Source of the DNA: Rhodothermales bacterium
GTDB lineage: Bacteria; Bacteroidota; Rhodothermia; Rhodothermales; Bin80
Length of the DNA: 64,000 nucleotides
Direction: 5' to 3'
Assembly: GCA_965200825.1 (NCBI GenBank)
Contig: OZ241385.1
Location: 461,276 to 525,275 of the forward strand
The position numbers and the translations under genes were made by a program. Below the pieces are notes generated by a model that ran no database searches, had not been told where the DNA came from, and worked only from the letters and a program-made list of their open reading frames with translations. The first letter of the stretch is position 1, and each line of letters opens with the position of its first letter. Below, piece by piece: positions 21,565 to 31,370 of this stretch.

Positions 21565-21800
21565 CTTCTGTTAGCTACCAAGGATGGAGCAGGTATGCCG
21601 TGAGTGAAGTTATAGATTGGATTCTAGTTCCGATTAAACTTTACTTGCAGTTAGAATCCTACTCACTGAGTGAGATTCAAGGCATACCCGGCTTCGCCGT
21701 TCCATACTTTCTCTGACTTCATAGACAGGCCAGCGATGCAGTTGCATTGGTCGAGGCTTGGTTCTTGTTGTTCAGGGCCCGCCTTGTGGCAGGTTAGTCA

Positions 21801-23018
21801 TTACTCGTGACGGAGTGCTTCAATTGGATTCAGTGCTGCGGCTTTGCGTGCCGGATAGAATCCAAAGAAGATTCCAACTCCTGCTGAAAAAGCCAGTGCA
21901 ATCATGATCGTAGTTGGCGAAGTGACAGTGTTCCATCCTGTCAATTGACTGAGTATATTTGACCCGGCAAAGCCAATGGCTACTCCAATTGCGCCCCCAA
22001 GTACACTCATCACAATGCTCTCCACAAGAAATTGAGTTAACACATCCCTTCCTCGGGCCCCTATAGCCATTCGGATTCCGATTTCTCGAGTTCGTTCCGT
22101 GACAGATACAAGCATAATATTCATAATCCCAATCCCCCCCACCAAGAGTGAAATAGATGCGATTGCGGCCAAGAGCAGTGTCATGACTTCGGTGGTTCCC
22201 TGTTCGGCTTCTGCGAGATCATTCTGATTGCGAACGGTAAAGCCATCTTCGGCAAAGCGGGATATACCATGAGACTCTCGCATGATGGCACGTATTTCTT
22301 CTTGTGCGGAAGGTATATCATTAGATGAAGGTGTGCTTGCCAGAATTTGAAATATTCGACTCCATCCACTGAGGCGGGTCTGAACGGTCGTGTAGGGAGC
22401 AAACACTACGTCATCTTGATCAGTGCCGCTGGCAGTCTGCCCTTTGGGTTCAAGGACACCAATGATTTCCACTGGAACATTGCGAACCTGCACAGTGAGT
22501 CCGACGGGATCTTCACCGGGAAAGAGGTTTTCTGCCACGGTGTGTCCAAGTACCATGACACGGCGCATTTGCCGGAGTTCACTTTGATCAAAAAATCGAC
22601 CATACTTGAGATCCCAATTCCGGATAATTTGATAATCCGTTGAAACTCCGTTAATTGTGGTACGCCAGTTGCCCTGTCCGCCAATGACTTGGGTTCGACT
22701 AAATACAACCGGCGAAACCGCAGAAACGAACAGACTTTCCCGTTTGATTTTTTCAGCATCTTTGATGGTAAGCCGGTTGTAGCTTTGGGCTCCCCGACTT
22801 ACTCCACCTTGCCTGCTGGCCCCCGGGGTTACCACGATCATGTTTGTCCCCAGTGTATTGATTTGTTCTTGGATTTGAGATTGGGCTCCCTGTCCAATGG
22901 CAACCATCACAATGACGGCTCCAACACCAATGACAATGCCCAACATTGTCAACAGTGTCCGCATTTTATTTTTCAGAATACTTTGGGATGCGACCTTTAC
23001 AAGGGTTGAGGCTTTCAT
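21801..23018 (-). CDS. ABC transporter permease, MacB/FtsX family
   Basis: 405 aa. N-terminal TM helix, large periplasmic domain, C-terminal FtsX-type 3-TM bundle (…GIGIMNIMLVSVTERTREIGIRMAIGA…). Confidence 0.85.
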   Translation of the reverse strand: MKASTLVKVASQSILKNKMRTLLTMLGIVIGVGAVIVMVAIGQGAQSQIQEQINTLGTNMIVVTPGASRQGGVSRGAQSYNRLTIKDAEKIKRESLFVSAVSPVVFSRTQVIGGQGNWRTTINGVSTDYQIIRNWDLKYGRFFDQSELRQMRRVMVLGHTVAENLFPGEDPVGLTVQVRNVPVEIIGVLEPKGQTASGTDQDDVVFAPYTTVQTRLSGWSRIFQILASTPSSNDIPSAQEEIRAIMRESHGISRFAEDGFTVRNQNDLAEAEQGTTEVMTLLLAAIASISLLVGGIGIMNIMLVSVTERTREIGIRMAIGARGRDVLTQFLVESIVMSVLGGAIGVAIGFAGSNILSQLTGWNTVTSPTTIMIALAFSAGVGIFFGFYPARKAAALNPIEALRHE

Positions 23019-23061
23019 GAATAGAGCAGATCAGGTGGATGGTATATTTTGTGGGAGTTTC

Positions 23062-23781
23062 TCAGATGGTCAGATGGGCTTTGGCTGCCTCAATGCACTT
23101 GTCTTCAATGATTTTCCCGTCACGTAATTCAATTATGCGCTCTGTACAATCTGCCACATCAGATTCATGAGTAATGAGTAGGACAGTCATTCCCTGATCA
23201 TGAAGTTCTTGAAAGAGGGCAAGAACTTCCACAGAGGTCTTGCTGTCCAAATTACCGGTGGGTTCATCTGCCAACAGGATCGATGGATTGGTGACAAGGG
23301 CACGCGCGATGGCTACACGCTGCTGCTGACCACCTGAGAGTTCATTCGGCTCATGATTCATACGATCTCCAAGTCCGACTCGCTCCAATGCCTCTTCTGC
23401 TGTTTTCCGAACTTCGATTTTACGTCGGGATCTGTCATAAAGGAGAGGTAATTCAACATTTTCACGCGCCGTGGTTCGGGCCAGCAGGTTGAACCCCTGA
23501 AAGACGAATCCAATCTTGCTGTTTCGAATATCGGCCAGCTGATTACGAGACAAATTTTCAACATGCACACCATCTATATAATAGGTGCCGGAGGTTGGAT
23601 AATCCAGACAACCAATGATATTCATCAGGGTTGATTTTCCAGAACCGGATGCTCCCACGATGGCAATCATCTCTCCACGTTCGACGGTTAGATCAACTCC
23701 CTGGAGGGCATGCACTTCAGTATTTCCCATGGTATAAACCTTGGTCAATCCTTGGGTGCGCATCACAAGGTCACGTTCCAT
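23062..23781 (-). CDS. ABC transporter ATP-binding protein (MacB/LolD-like)
   Basis: Walker [25 protein letters not shown] signature, Walker [13 protein letters not shown]. Confidence 0.9.
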   Translation of the reverse strand: MERDLVMRTQGLTKVYTMGNTEVHALQGVDLTVERGEMIAIVGASGSGKSTLMNIIGCLDYPTSGTYYIDGVHVENLSRNQLADIRNSKIGFVFQGFNLLARTTARENVELPLLYDRSRRKIEVRKTAEEALERVGLGDRMNHEPNELSGGQQQRVAIARALVTNPSILLADEPTGNLDSKTSVEVLALFQELHDQGMTVLLITHESDVADCTERIIELRDGKIIEDKCIEAAKAHLTI

Positions 23782-23786
23782 ATGAA

Positions 23787-25058
23787 CTAAAACCCTCCTG
23801 GGCGAAAACGTCGCTGGGTTTGTTGAAAGGGATTATTTGATCCATCCCCATCCTGTTGGGTGACACCCGCAATAATCTGCATGCCAGGCTGAAGACGGTT
23901 GCTTGATACCTCCGTCATTTGACCATCTGAAATCCCGGTTTGGGCAGGCGCCATCATGAGCTCGTCGTTTTCGTTTAGATACCAAATCATTGCAAAATTA
24001 TTTCTGCTACCCCCGAAGGCTCCACTTCCACCGCCACTCCAAGAACCACCACCACTTCGAGCATTAGGAGCTCCCCGTTGTTCACCAGCGCCACTTTCCC
24101 TAGTTTCCTCAGACGATGCCTGTCTCCGTGCAGAGATGACTTCAAACATCTTTGGGGTTGCGCGAAAACGTAAAGCGGCATTGGGCAACTTAAGAATGTC
24201 GGTTGCGGATTCGATCAAAAAGTCAACCGTAGCAGTCATGCCAGGCAACAAGCGTCCATCAGGATTTTCAACGTCTACAACTACGGTATAATTCACAACA
24301 TTTTCTTGAACGGTAGACTGCAAGCGTACTTGTCGGACCGTTCCGTTAAAGGTTTCATCAGGATAAGCCTGTACGTTAAAACGGGCGAACTGCCCTTCTT
24401 CAATTTTCCCAATATCACTCTCATCTACGGATGCAAGAATCTCCATACGAGAAAGGTCATCTGCAATCAGAAAAAGCTGAGGAGCTGAGAAGCTTGCCGC
24501 GACAGTCTGGCCAACATCTACATTTCGTTCAATCACTGTTCCTGAAATTGGAGCTATGATCGTGGCATAACTCAGATTTTGACGTGCGCGATCCAGGCTA
24601 ATTTCAGCGCTTTTAGTGGATGCTTTCGCGATATCCAGATCATATTGTGCTCGTACATAATCTACTTCGGTCACAAATCGTTGGTTATAAAGAGGCTCCA
24701 GGCGTGCCAGTTCTCGCTGGGCTTGTTTAAGCTGTGCCTGGTTGCGCTCTAGGTTAGATTCTGCATCGCGTACAGTACTCCATAAAAGCGTTGTGTCAAT
24801 TCGGGCAATTACCTGTCCAGCACGTACACGATCATTGAAATCTACATAGATATCAGAGATCCTTCCGGAAACTTGGGTGCCAACTTGCACAGTTGTCACG
24901 GCATCGAGTGCCCCAGTGCTCGCGACGACAGCTTCAAGGTCACCTTGTTCCAGAGTAACGAACCTGTAGGGACTGATTGGTTCGGCAGAGCCTTGGCTAA
25001 AATACCAAAAAGCGCCGCCGGCAACCACAGCAACGGCTACAATGAGGGCGTATTTCAT
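23787..25058 (-). CDS. Efflux transporter periplasmic adaptor subunit (HlyD/MacA family)
   Basis: 423 aa. N-terminal membrane anchor, coiled-coil hairpin (…NLERNQAQLKQAQRELARLE…), beta-barrel/lipoyl-like segments, Gly/Ser-rich C-terminal tail. Confidence 0.8.
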   Translation of the reverse strand: MKYALIVAVAVVAGGAFWYFSQGSAEPISPYRFVTLEQGDLEAVVASTGALDAVTTVQVGTQVSGRISDIYVDFNDRVRAGQVIARIDTTLLWSTVRDAESNLERNQAQLKQAQRELARLEPLYNQRFVTEVDYVRAQYDLDIAKASTKSAEISLDRARQNLSYATIIAPISGTVIERNVDVGQTVAASFSAPQLFLIADDLSRMEILASVDESDIGKIEEGQFARFNVQAYPDETFNGTVRQVRLQSTVQENVVNYTVVVDVENPDGRLLPGMTATVDFLIESATDILKLPNAALRFRATPKMFEVISARRQASSEETRESGAGEQRGAPNARSGGGSWSGGGSGAFGGSRNNFAMIWYLNENDELMMAPAQTGISDGQMTEVSSNRLQPGMQIIAGVTQQDGDGSNNPFQQTQRRFRPGGF

Positions 25059-25080
25059 TCAGGTTAATGGGGTCTTTGGT

Positions 25081-25515
25081 CTATTGATTTGATGGCTTTT
25101 TTCTATGTGAGCGGCGCTCTGAGCGTTTATCATATCGATCTGTGCGGCGCTTTTGGCGATTTTGCCGTTGATCCATCCAAGCTTCAAGGCGTTGCCATTG
25201 ATCGGGAGTCAAAATTTGTTCGAGATCTTCAAGTAGTATCTGATGTTGGAATGCAAGGCTGTCAACCATGCGTCTACGTTGCTGCATGAATGATTTTTCA
25301 GCCCTGCGTAGTACCATTTTGACCTCTGTTAGTTGCTCTTCGTCACTGAACTCAATGATTCGTTCGAGATGGCGCATCATCCCACCCTGAATACGGGTGT
25401 TTGCCAGAGCAACGTTTCGATGATGTTGCCATGCGCTGGTTACGAGGATTCCAATTGCAATTCCTACAATCAGGGTAATGCCAAGAAGCAGGAAGGATTT
25501 GACACGAGTGCTCAT
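25081..25515 (-). CDS. Membrane-anchored LTXXQ-motif (CpxP/Spy-like) periplasmic stress protein
   Basis: 144 aa. N-terminal TM segment, two LTxxQ-like motifs (LTEVK, LTPDQ), highly basic C-terminus. Confidence 0.45.
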   Translation of the reverse strand: MSTRVKSFLLLGITLIVGIAIGILVTSAWQHHRNVALANTRIQGGMMRHLERIIEFSDEEQLTEVKMVLRRAEKSFMQQRRRMVDSLAFQHQILLEDLEQILTPDQWQRLEAWMDQRQNRQKRRTDRYDKRSERRSHRKKPSNQ

Positions 25516-25856
25516 GGGCTTAGGGGAGGGAATTCGTCCAAGTCTGCAGAATAGGCAGAGATCAGATTCATGGGCTGCAGTCCAAAAACAATTTCTACGG
25601 GTGTTGGAGCAACCTCGTAGTTACGACTCAGAAAAGTAGTATAAGAGATAAATATCAGGGTGAGAAGTACACTTGCCAGTGCAACGGGTTTGAAAGCAAA
25701 CCAGAGTGCCTGGAAAAAATATTCATCCGATCGATTAAGAGTCTGAATCCGTCGCATAATTCGATCGGTGAGGAACGGCTTCAGGTTGGATTCAGAACTT
25801 ATTTCTGTAGTTTCATGAAGTAGCGTTTGTAAGTGTTGATCCGTCATATATGGCAT
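25512..25856 (-). CDS. Anti-sigma factor (single TM), cognate to the upstream ECF sigma
   Basis: 114 aa, start overlaps the next gene. Central TM helix (…KPVALASVLLTLIFISYT…). Immediately downstream of the ECF sigma gene. Confidence 0.5.
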   Translation of the reverse strand: MPYMTDQHLQTLLHETTEISSESNLKPFLTDRIMRRIQTLNRSDEYFFQALWFAFKPVALASVLLTLIFISYTTFLSRNYEVAPTPVEIVFGLQPMNLISAYSADLDEFPPLSP

Positions 25857-25890
25857 GTAAGCGTTCGTTTGGTTACGTTAATTCACTTAA

Positions 25891-26454
25891 TTACATTTCC
25901 TGTTCAAGGACAGGAGATATGATATCACGCAGATGTGCAGTTGCCCGGCTGAGCCTGGATAGAACGGTTCCTTCTGCAATGTTAAGGATCTTGGCGGCTT
26001 CCGATGTTGAATATCCATCAATTAATCTGAGTACAATGACGGCACGATGATGAGGCTTAAGCCTGCTTATAGCTGATTGTATGAGTTGGATTCGATCAAA
26101 TCGATCAAATTGCGTGTCCTCGATTTGCGGTTCTGGATAGGAGGACGCATGATCCCGGCTGAGAAACATGATACTCCGACGTTTTCTTCGTCGCAGAATA
26201 TCAAGAGATCTGTTAATCGCAATTCGTGTGAGATAGGTTTTGCATGTAGCATCTCCGCGAAACCTGTCAAGCGTTTGATAAAACCGGATAAATACTTCCT
26301 GGACCACATCATCAACGTCGGGATCATTTCCAAGCATTCCAGAGACGGTACGGGCCACCGACAATTTATGACGTTCCACCAGTTCACGGAATGCATTCTG
26401 ATCTCCATTTCGTGCACGATCAAGGAAGGGTTGATCTGAGCGAGTGTGGGCCAC
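25891..26454 (-). CDS. RNA polymerase ECF-type sigma-70 factor
   Basis: Region 2 FRELVERHKLSVARTV…VQEVFIRFY and region 4 HTH …LIDGYSTSEAAKILNIAEGTVLSRLSRA…. Confidence 0.85.
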   Translation of the reverse strand: MAHTRSDQPFLDRARNGDQNAFRELVERHKLSVARTVSGMLGNDPDVDDVVQEVFIRFYQTLDRFRGDATCKTYLTRIAINRSLDILRRRKRRSIMFLSRDHASSYPEPQIEDTQFDRFDRIQLIQSAISRLKPHHRAVIVLRLIDGYSTSEAAKILNIAEGTVLSRLSRATAHLRDIISPVLEQEM

Positions 26455-26567
26455 TTTTGTAGGACTAAGTATAATTGTTCATGTTTCATCAAATCGAGGT
26501 AGATCAATTATCCCCTTCAGTGTACCGGTATAGTTGATCGATGTTGGATCAATTAAAAGCATTGGAA

Positions 26568-26981
26568 TCAATTTTGACGGCCTCTGCGGCGCATTTGTGT
26601 TTTTCGGTCAGAGTTTTGACGTTCAATGAATCTCCGATACCGATTCATTTGCTCAGGTGACAGGAATACTCCCAATGCTATTTCCGTTTCTTTATTGATT
26701 TTTTGGCGTTCAGCACGAATCATTTGGAATTGTTCACGGCCACCGTTCCGCTCAGGTCGAAGTTCTCTCAACGATTCTAATCGGTCTGAAAAAATAGCTC
26801 GTACCACTGGAATCTGATCTTCTGTCAGTTCAAGAAGAAAAATCAGCGAATCAATCCGGGCTTCTTGTAGCTCGGGTGAATCACCCAGGCCACGAGGGCC
26901 TCGCTGTGCAGAACTGAGCTGAACAAACAGGAGTCCACTCAGGAGTAACCCAGAAAATGAAAAACAGAATGTAAGACGCAT
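26568..26981 (-). CDS. Secreted LTXXQ-motif (CpxP/Spy-like) protein
   Basis: 137 aa. Signal peptide, LTEDQ and LSPEQ motifs, basic tail. Confidence 0.45.
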   Translation of the reverse strand: MRLTFCFSFSGLLLSGLLFVQLSSAQRGPRGLGDSPELQEARIDSLIFLLELTEDQIPVVRAIFSDRLESLRELRPERNGGREQFQMIRAERQKINKETEIALGVFLSPEQMNRYRRFIERQNSDRKTQMRRRGRQN

Positions 26982-27151
26982 AAGACACAGTTGTTTGGTT
27001 GTACTACAGATAATAGACGTTTGACTGGGAAAAATATTCCAGATATCATTCTTGGGAAATCATATTACTATTTTCTTGTATCAGTAGCACAACGAATCAC
27101 TTACTTTGTCGTAATTTTCGGGTTAATCAGTTCACAAAGGCTAAAAATGGT

Positions 27152-28345
27152 ATGACATACAAAGGGACAATAGGAATTCTTACAGGTGGTGGTGATGTGC
27201 CGGGATTGAATCCGGCCATTCGCGCCGTCACCATTCGTGCATTGCGAGAAGGGTACAAGGTGCTTGGAATCAAGCGTGGGTGGGCAGGTCTGGTTGATCT
27301 GATTCAAGATCCCGATGCGGATAATTCAGAAAATGTGGAAGAACTCGGAGAATCTGTTGTAAATGCCGCAGCGCGGAGTGGAGGGACGTTTCTGCATAGC
27401 TCTCGTACTCGACCAAGCCATCTTCCGCAACTCAATCTGCCAGCACATCTTCGAGATCAATTCACCGAAGATGTGAACGATGTCACTTCCGCGGTTCTTT
27501 CAAATATTGAATATCTAGGGATTGACTATCTGGTCCCAATCGGAGGAGATGATACTCTGAGCTATGGCTATCGTCTCCATAAAGAGGGAGTAAAGGTCGT
27601 GGCAATCCCCAAGACTATGGACAATGATGTGCCCGGCACCGATTATTGTATTGGGTTTGGTACTTGTGTAACCAGAACTATTGAACTGGCCAATACATTG
27701 CGGACATCTGCTGGATCACACGAGCGCTTTCTAGTGATTGAAGTTTTTGGACGCTATGCGGGATACTCAGCCTTGTTGCCGGCAATGGCAGGTGCAGCGG
27801 ATCGCTGTGTGATCCCGGAAACTGATTTTGATGTAGATCAATTGACGAAGTTGATGGTCGATGATCGAAATCGGAACCCTAGCCGCTACTCGGTAGTGTT
27901 GGTCTCTGAGGGGGCAAAAATAAAAGGAGATAAGCAGATGTCCTTTCTGGGGTCTGAAAAAGATCAATATGGACATGCCAAACTTGGTGGGATTGGGAAT
28001 CGGGTAGGAGAAGAATTAAAGAGGCGCTCCCCCAAGTATAATGATGGAAAGCGTATCAATGTGGTGAATCAGCGATTGGGGTACTTGGTTCGCTGTGGAG
28101 CACCAGATGCGTTAGATTGCATTGTTCCTATGACATACGGAAATTTGGCATTGGATCTCATCCTGAAGGGTATTTCCGGCCGTCTTGTGAATATCCGTAA
28201 TGGGATATATGGAAATATTTCGATGGAGGTGATTAATGGGCCACACAAAGTGGTGGATGTAGAAAAATTCTACAATGAAGACCGACTTCGCCCCAATTTC
28301 AAGGATCTCCAAGATGCCCCTCTTTTCATTATGAACTCTGACTGA
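27152..28345 (+). CDS. pfk: 6-phosphofructokinase (PFK-A family; the GGDDT motif suggests PPi-dependent or group III type)
   Basis: GILTGGGDVPGLN, PIGGDDTLSY, MGR-like …TMDNDV…. 397 aa. Confidence 0.8.
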   Translation: MTYKGTIGILTGGGDVPGLNPAIRAVTIRALREGYKVLGIKRGWAGLVDLIQDPDADNSENVEELGESVVNAAARSGGTFLHSSRTRPSHLPQLNLPAHLRDQFTEDVNDVTSAVLSNIEYLGIDYLVPIGGDDTLSYGYRLHKEGVKVVAIPKTMDNDVPGTDYCIGFGTCVTRTIELANTLRTSAGSHERFLVIEVFGRYAGYSALLPAMAGAADRCVIPETDFDVDQLTKLMVDDRNRNPSRYSVVLVSEGAKIKGDKQMSFLGSEKDQYGHAKLGGIGNRVGEELKRRSPKYNDGKRINVVNQRLGYLVRCGAPDALDCIVPMTYGNLALDLILKGISGRLVNIRNGIYGNISMEVINGPHKVVDVEKFYNEDRLRPNFKDLQDAPLFIMNSD

Positions 28346-28424
28346 TTTGCTTTCAGGCACGTTCTGTTTGGAGTATGCCACCTGGTTTCGGAGGCAGATA
28401 GTCGTTTGGAGATTTGACGATAAC

Positions 28425-28466
28425 ACAAGGTCCTTGATGCAACAGAATCTGCATCAAGGACCTTGT
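28425..28466 (+). terminator. Stem-loop terminator after pfk
   Basis: Perfect 17-bp inverted repeat acaaggtccttgatgca / tgcatcaaggaccttgt with an 8-nt loop. Only a weak T tract follows. Confidence 0.45.
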
Positions 28467-28599
28467 GGTTTAGTTATCTACTCATTCGGTAGAATATTAT
28501 CAATAATACCCTCATTTTCTTAATTATTTTTCTATTTTCAATTATTTTCTTAAATTATTAAGGTATAACATTACTTTTACCTTAATTAATCTGGAAAAT

Positions 28600-29949
28600 A
28601 TGCGAAATAAAAATATTGTTGCACTCGTGGGATTCGGTTTTTTTACGCCCATTGTGGCATTTGCACAGGAAGCGGAAGCTGTAGCTCCGATCAGTGGAGC
28701 AGATACTGGATGGCTACTTATCTCAACTGCGCTGGTTCTGCTAATGACCCCCGCGTTGGCATTTTTCTATGGGGGGCTTGTACGCTCCAAGAATGCGCTT
28801 AACACTATGATGATGAGTTTCGTGGCACTCGGGGTGTCCGGGACCTTATGGGCGATTGCAGGTTATTCGATTGCCTTCGGTGGTGGGAATGCCTGGTTTG
28901 GTGATTTCTCAATGGCTTTTCTCTCAGGGATTGGCCTTGATGCCAATGGTTCAATTCCAGATTTACTTTTTGTAGGGTTTCAGGGAACGTTTGCAATTAT
29001 TACTGCTGCACTGATCTCCGGTGCCGTTGTAGAACGAATGAGATTTACTCCCTATATCCTGTTCATAGGGCTCTGGGGACTCATCGTATATGCTCCCATT
29101 TGTCATTGGGTTTGGGGTGGTGGTTGGCTTGGTAGTTTGGGTGCTTTGGACTTTGCAGGTGGAGCGGTCGTTCATGTAAATGCAGGAATAGCAGCTGTGA
29201 TCGCAGCCAAGGTATTGGGGCCTCGTAAAGATTATGGACGAGAAGCACTCCTGCCTCACAATGTCCCATTTGTACTTCTTGGAGCGGGTTTGCTCTGGTT
29301 TGGATGGTTTGGATTTAACGGAGGCAGTGCATTGGCTGCCGATGGAATTGCAGCATTAGCTTTGGTCAATACACTACTTGCTCCGGCTGCAGGAGTCTTT
29401 GTTTGGACTCTTCTGGATCATTTTACTACAGGGAAAATCACGGCAGTTGGCATTGCTACTGGTATTGTTGTAGGTCTAGTCGCAATTACACCAGCCGCAG
29501 GATTCGTAAGCCCCATAGGAGCATTAATCCTTGGGGCAATTGGAGTAATTCCCAGTTACTTCATTATCAAATGGCGCACGAAAACGAGTCTTGATGATTC
29601 TCTGGATGTGTTTGCTGCCCACGGGATGGGAGGAATTATGGGTGCCTTACTCACTGGAATGCTTGCAGCGCCCGCATTTACAGCGAATGACCCAGGCTTG
29701 TTTTTCACTGGAAATTTTGGGCAGCTCGGGATTCAAGCCTTATCAATTGGTGCAGTTGCAGTGTACAGTGGAGTTCTGACCTATATCATCCTCAAGGTAG
29801 TTGGGTTAATCACCAAGCTTCGTGCAGAATCTTCGGATGAAGGAATCGGAATGGACCTTGTGGCACATGGAGAAGAAGCTTATGCAACGGGTGAAGGAGC
29901 AGTGCTGTTGAATAAAAATGAGGCTCCGGCACATGTTAACGGTTTATAA
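28600..29949 (+). CDS. amt: Ammonium transporter (Amt family)
   Basis: 449 aa. Signal peptide, 11 TM, FFYGGLVRSKN and …FAAHGMGGIMGALLTG… signatures. Confidence 0.9.
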   Translation: MRNKNIVALVGFGFFTPIVAFAQEAEAVAPISGADTGWLLISTALVLLMTPALAFFYGGLVRSKNALNTMMMSFVALGVSGTLWAIAGYSIAFGGGNAWFGDFSMAFLSGIGLDANGSIPDLLFVGFQGTFAIITAALISGAVVERMRFTPYILFIGLWGLIVYAPICHWVWGGGWLGSLGALDFAGGAVVHVNAGIAAVIAAKVLGPRKDYGREALLPHNVPFVLLGAGLLWFGWFGFNGGSALAADGIAALALVNTLLAPAAGVFVWTLLDHFTTGKITAVGIATGIVVGLVAITPAAGFVSPIGALILGAIGVIPSYFIIKWRTKTSLDDSLDVFAAHGMGGIMGALLTGMLAAPAFTANDPGLFFTGNFGQLGIQALSIGAVAVYSGVLTYIILKVVGLITKLRAESSDEGIGMDLVAHGEEAYATGEGAVLLNKNEAPAHVNGL

Positions 29950-29973
29950 AATCAACTAACCAGGATTAGACAA

Positions 29974-30324
29974 ATGAAACTCGTAAAAGCAATCATTCGG
30001 CCGTCCAAACTTCCTGATGTACTTCGAGCTCTCTATGCAGCAGAAATAACAGGGCTGACAGTTTCCAATGTTCGAGGTCATGGTGGTGAAGTTGAGGTAG
30101 TCGAAACGTATCGTGGAACCACAGCGAAGATGGAGTTGAGAGAAAAGGTGATGATTGAGATAGGTGTTTCAGACAGCTTCGTAGATACTGCTGTCGAGGC
30201 AATCTGTAACAGCGCTGCCACAGGCAGTGTCGGTGACGGGAAAATATTCGTGTTGCCGGTTGAACGTATCATTCGTGTTCGAACCGGAGAAGAGGATATG
30301 GCAGCAGTGACTCCCATACGTTGA
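29974..30324 (+). CDS. glnK: Nitrogen regulatory protein P-II (GlnK/GlnB)
   Basis: 116 aa. MKLVKAIIRP…, T-loop RGHGGE…YRG, C-terminal GDGKIFV…ERIIRVRTGE. Confidence 0.9.
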   Translation: MKLVKAIIRPSKLPDVLRALYAAEITGLTVSNVRGHGGEVEVVETYRGTTAKMELREKVMIEIGVSDSFVDTAVEAICNSAATGSVGDGKIFVLPVERIIRVRTGEEDMAAVTPIR

Positions 30325-30367
30325 CCGGGGCATTTGCTGGGTTCATATACATCAGTGATGACTCGAT

Positions 30368-30410
30368 CGGGTTACCATGAAAAATGACTTCATGGTAACC
30401 CGATTTTTTT
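30368..30410 (+). terminator. Rho-independent terminator after glnK
   Basis: cgggttaccatgaa-aaatgac-ttcatggtaacccg hairpin followed by attttttt. Confidence 0.75.
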
Positions 30411-30586
30411 GGCCAATCATGATTTACTGATCTTTAATACAATGTAATTGAGAGTTCCAAGAGTGAATTCTCAAGATCGATTAGATTGAATGCATTTTTG
30501 GGATCCCCAATCCATGATCATAGTAAAGCAGAATTCATGACGTTCGTCAGTTACGATTGCAAATTTGATTTCGGAGCACTTGTTCT

Positions 30587-31138
30587 ATGGATACGACATA
30601 TTGGATCAGTCTCATCGTTGGAGGGGTATTCGTATTGCTATCCTTGATTGGCGGAGGAGACTCAGATCTGGATACAGAAATAGACTCAGATCTAGATGCG
30701 GATGTTAGCTCTGAATCCGATATTGGCACAGGTTGGGTAGATCTGTTTTCGGTACGTACGATATTTCTCTTTGCAGCCTTTTTTGGGTTGTGTGGAGTAT
30801 TGCTTCCCCTTGCAGGATTGGGGGAGGGTGCACGTTTGCTCGCTTCCCTGACACTTGGGTTAGTTATTGGAATAGGGGGAAATTATCTGATCAAACGAGT
30901 TGGATATGCGCATATTTCGAGCGAAGTAACTTCCGCAGAGCTAAAGGGAAGAACAGCCAAGGTAGTCATTCCTTTTGATAGTTTGGATGTAGGAAAAATT
31001 GTTCTGGTTACGAAGGGGCAACGTATTCAGTTCAAGGCTCGTAGTTTTGAAGCGATTGAAGACGTATATGCAGAAGGTGAAGAGGTTATAATCGTTCGCA
31101 TGCAGGGAGCAGTTGCCGAAGTTCTGAAGGCACAGTAG
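30587..31138 (+). CDS. NfeD-like membrane protein (OB-fold partner of flotillin)
   Basis: 183 aa. N-terminal TM helices, C-terminal OB domain …GKIVLVTKGQRIQFKARSFE…VIIVRMQGAVAEV. Immediately upstream of the SPFH protein. Confidence 0.65.
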   Translation: MDTTYWISLIVGGVFVLLSLIGGGDSDLDTEIDSDLDADVSSESDIGTGWVDLFSVRTIFLFAAFFGLCGVLLPLAGLGEGARLLASLTLGLVIGIGGNYLIKRVGYAHISSEVTSAELKGRTAKVVIPFDSLDVGKIVLVTKGQRIQFKARSFEAIEDVYAEGEEVIIVRMQGAVAEVLKAQ

Positions 31139-31370
31139 ATGTGTCTAACATCGGCTGGGGAAAACACAACAGATTGTATAATTTTTTGATGAGAGTTGTC
31201 AAAGGCGTTACGCCTTGATAATGTAGGATGTATGAGTAGAACTGATTTTCAATACACTTCGTTTGCAGTAATGGCAGATAATGTAAATTCTTGTCTTTTG
31301 GAACAGAATTTGCATTTTTGTAAACAGTCAATCTGCAAATTAACTCACATTATAAAGAGCTAAAGCTTCA

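Noticed and set aside
30330-30590. Possible small gene or ncRNA between glnK and nfeD
   Set aside because: Only a clear terminator hairpin is evident. The remainder has no ORF or conserved structure I can support.
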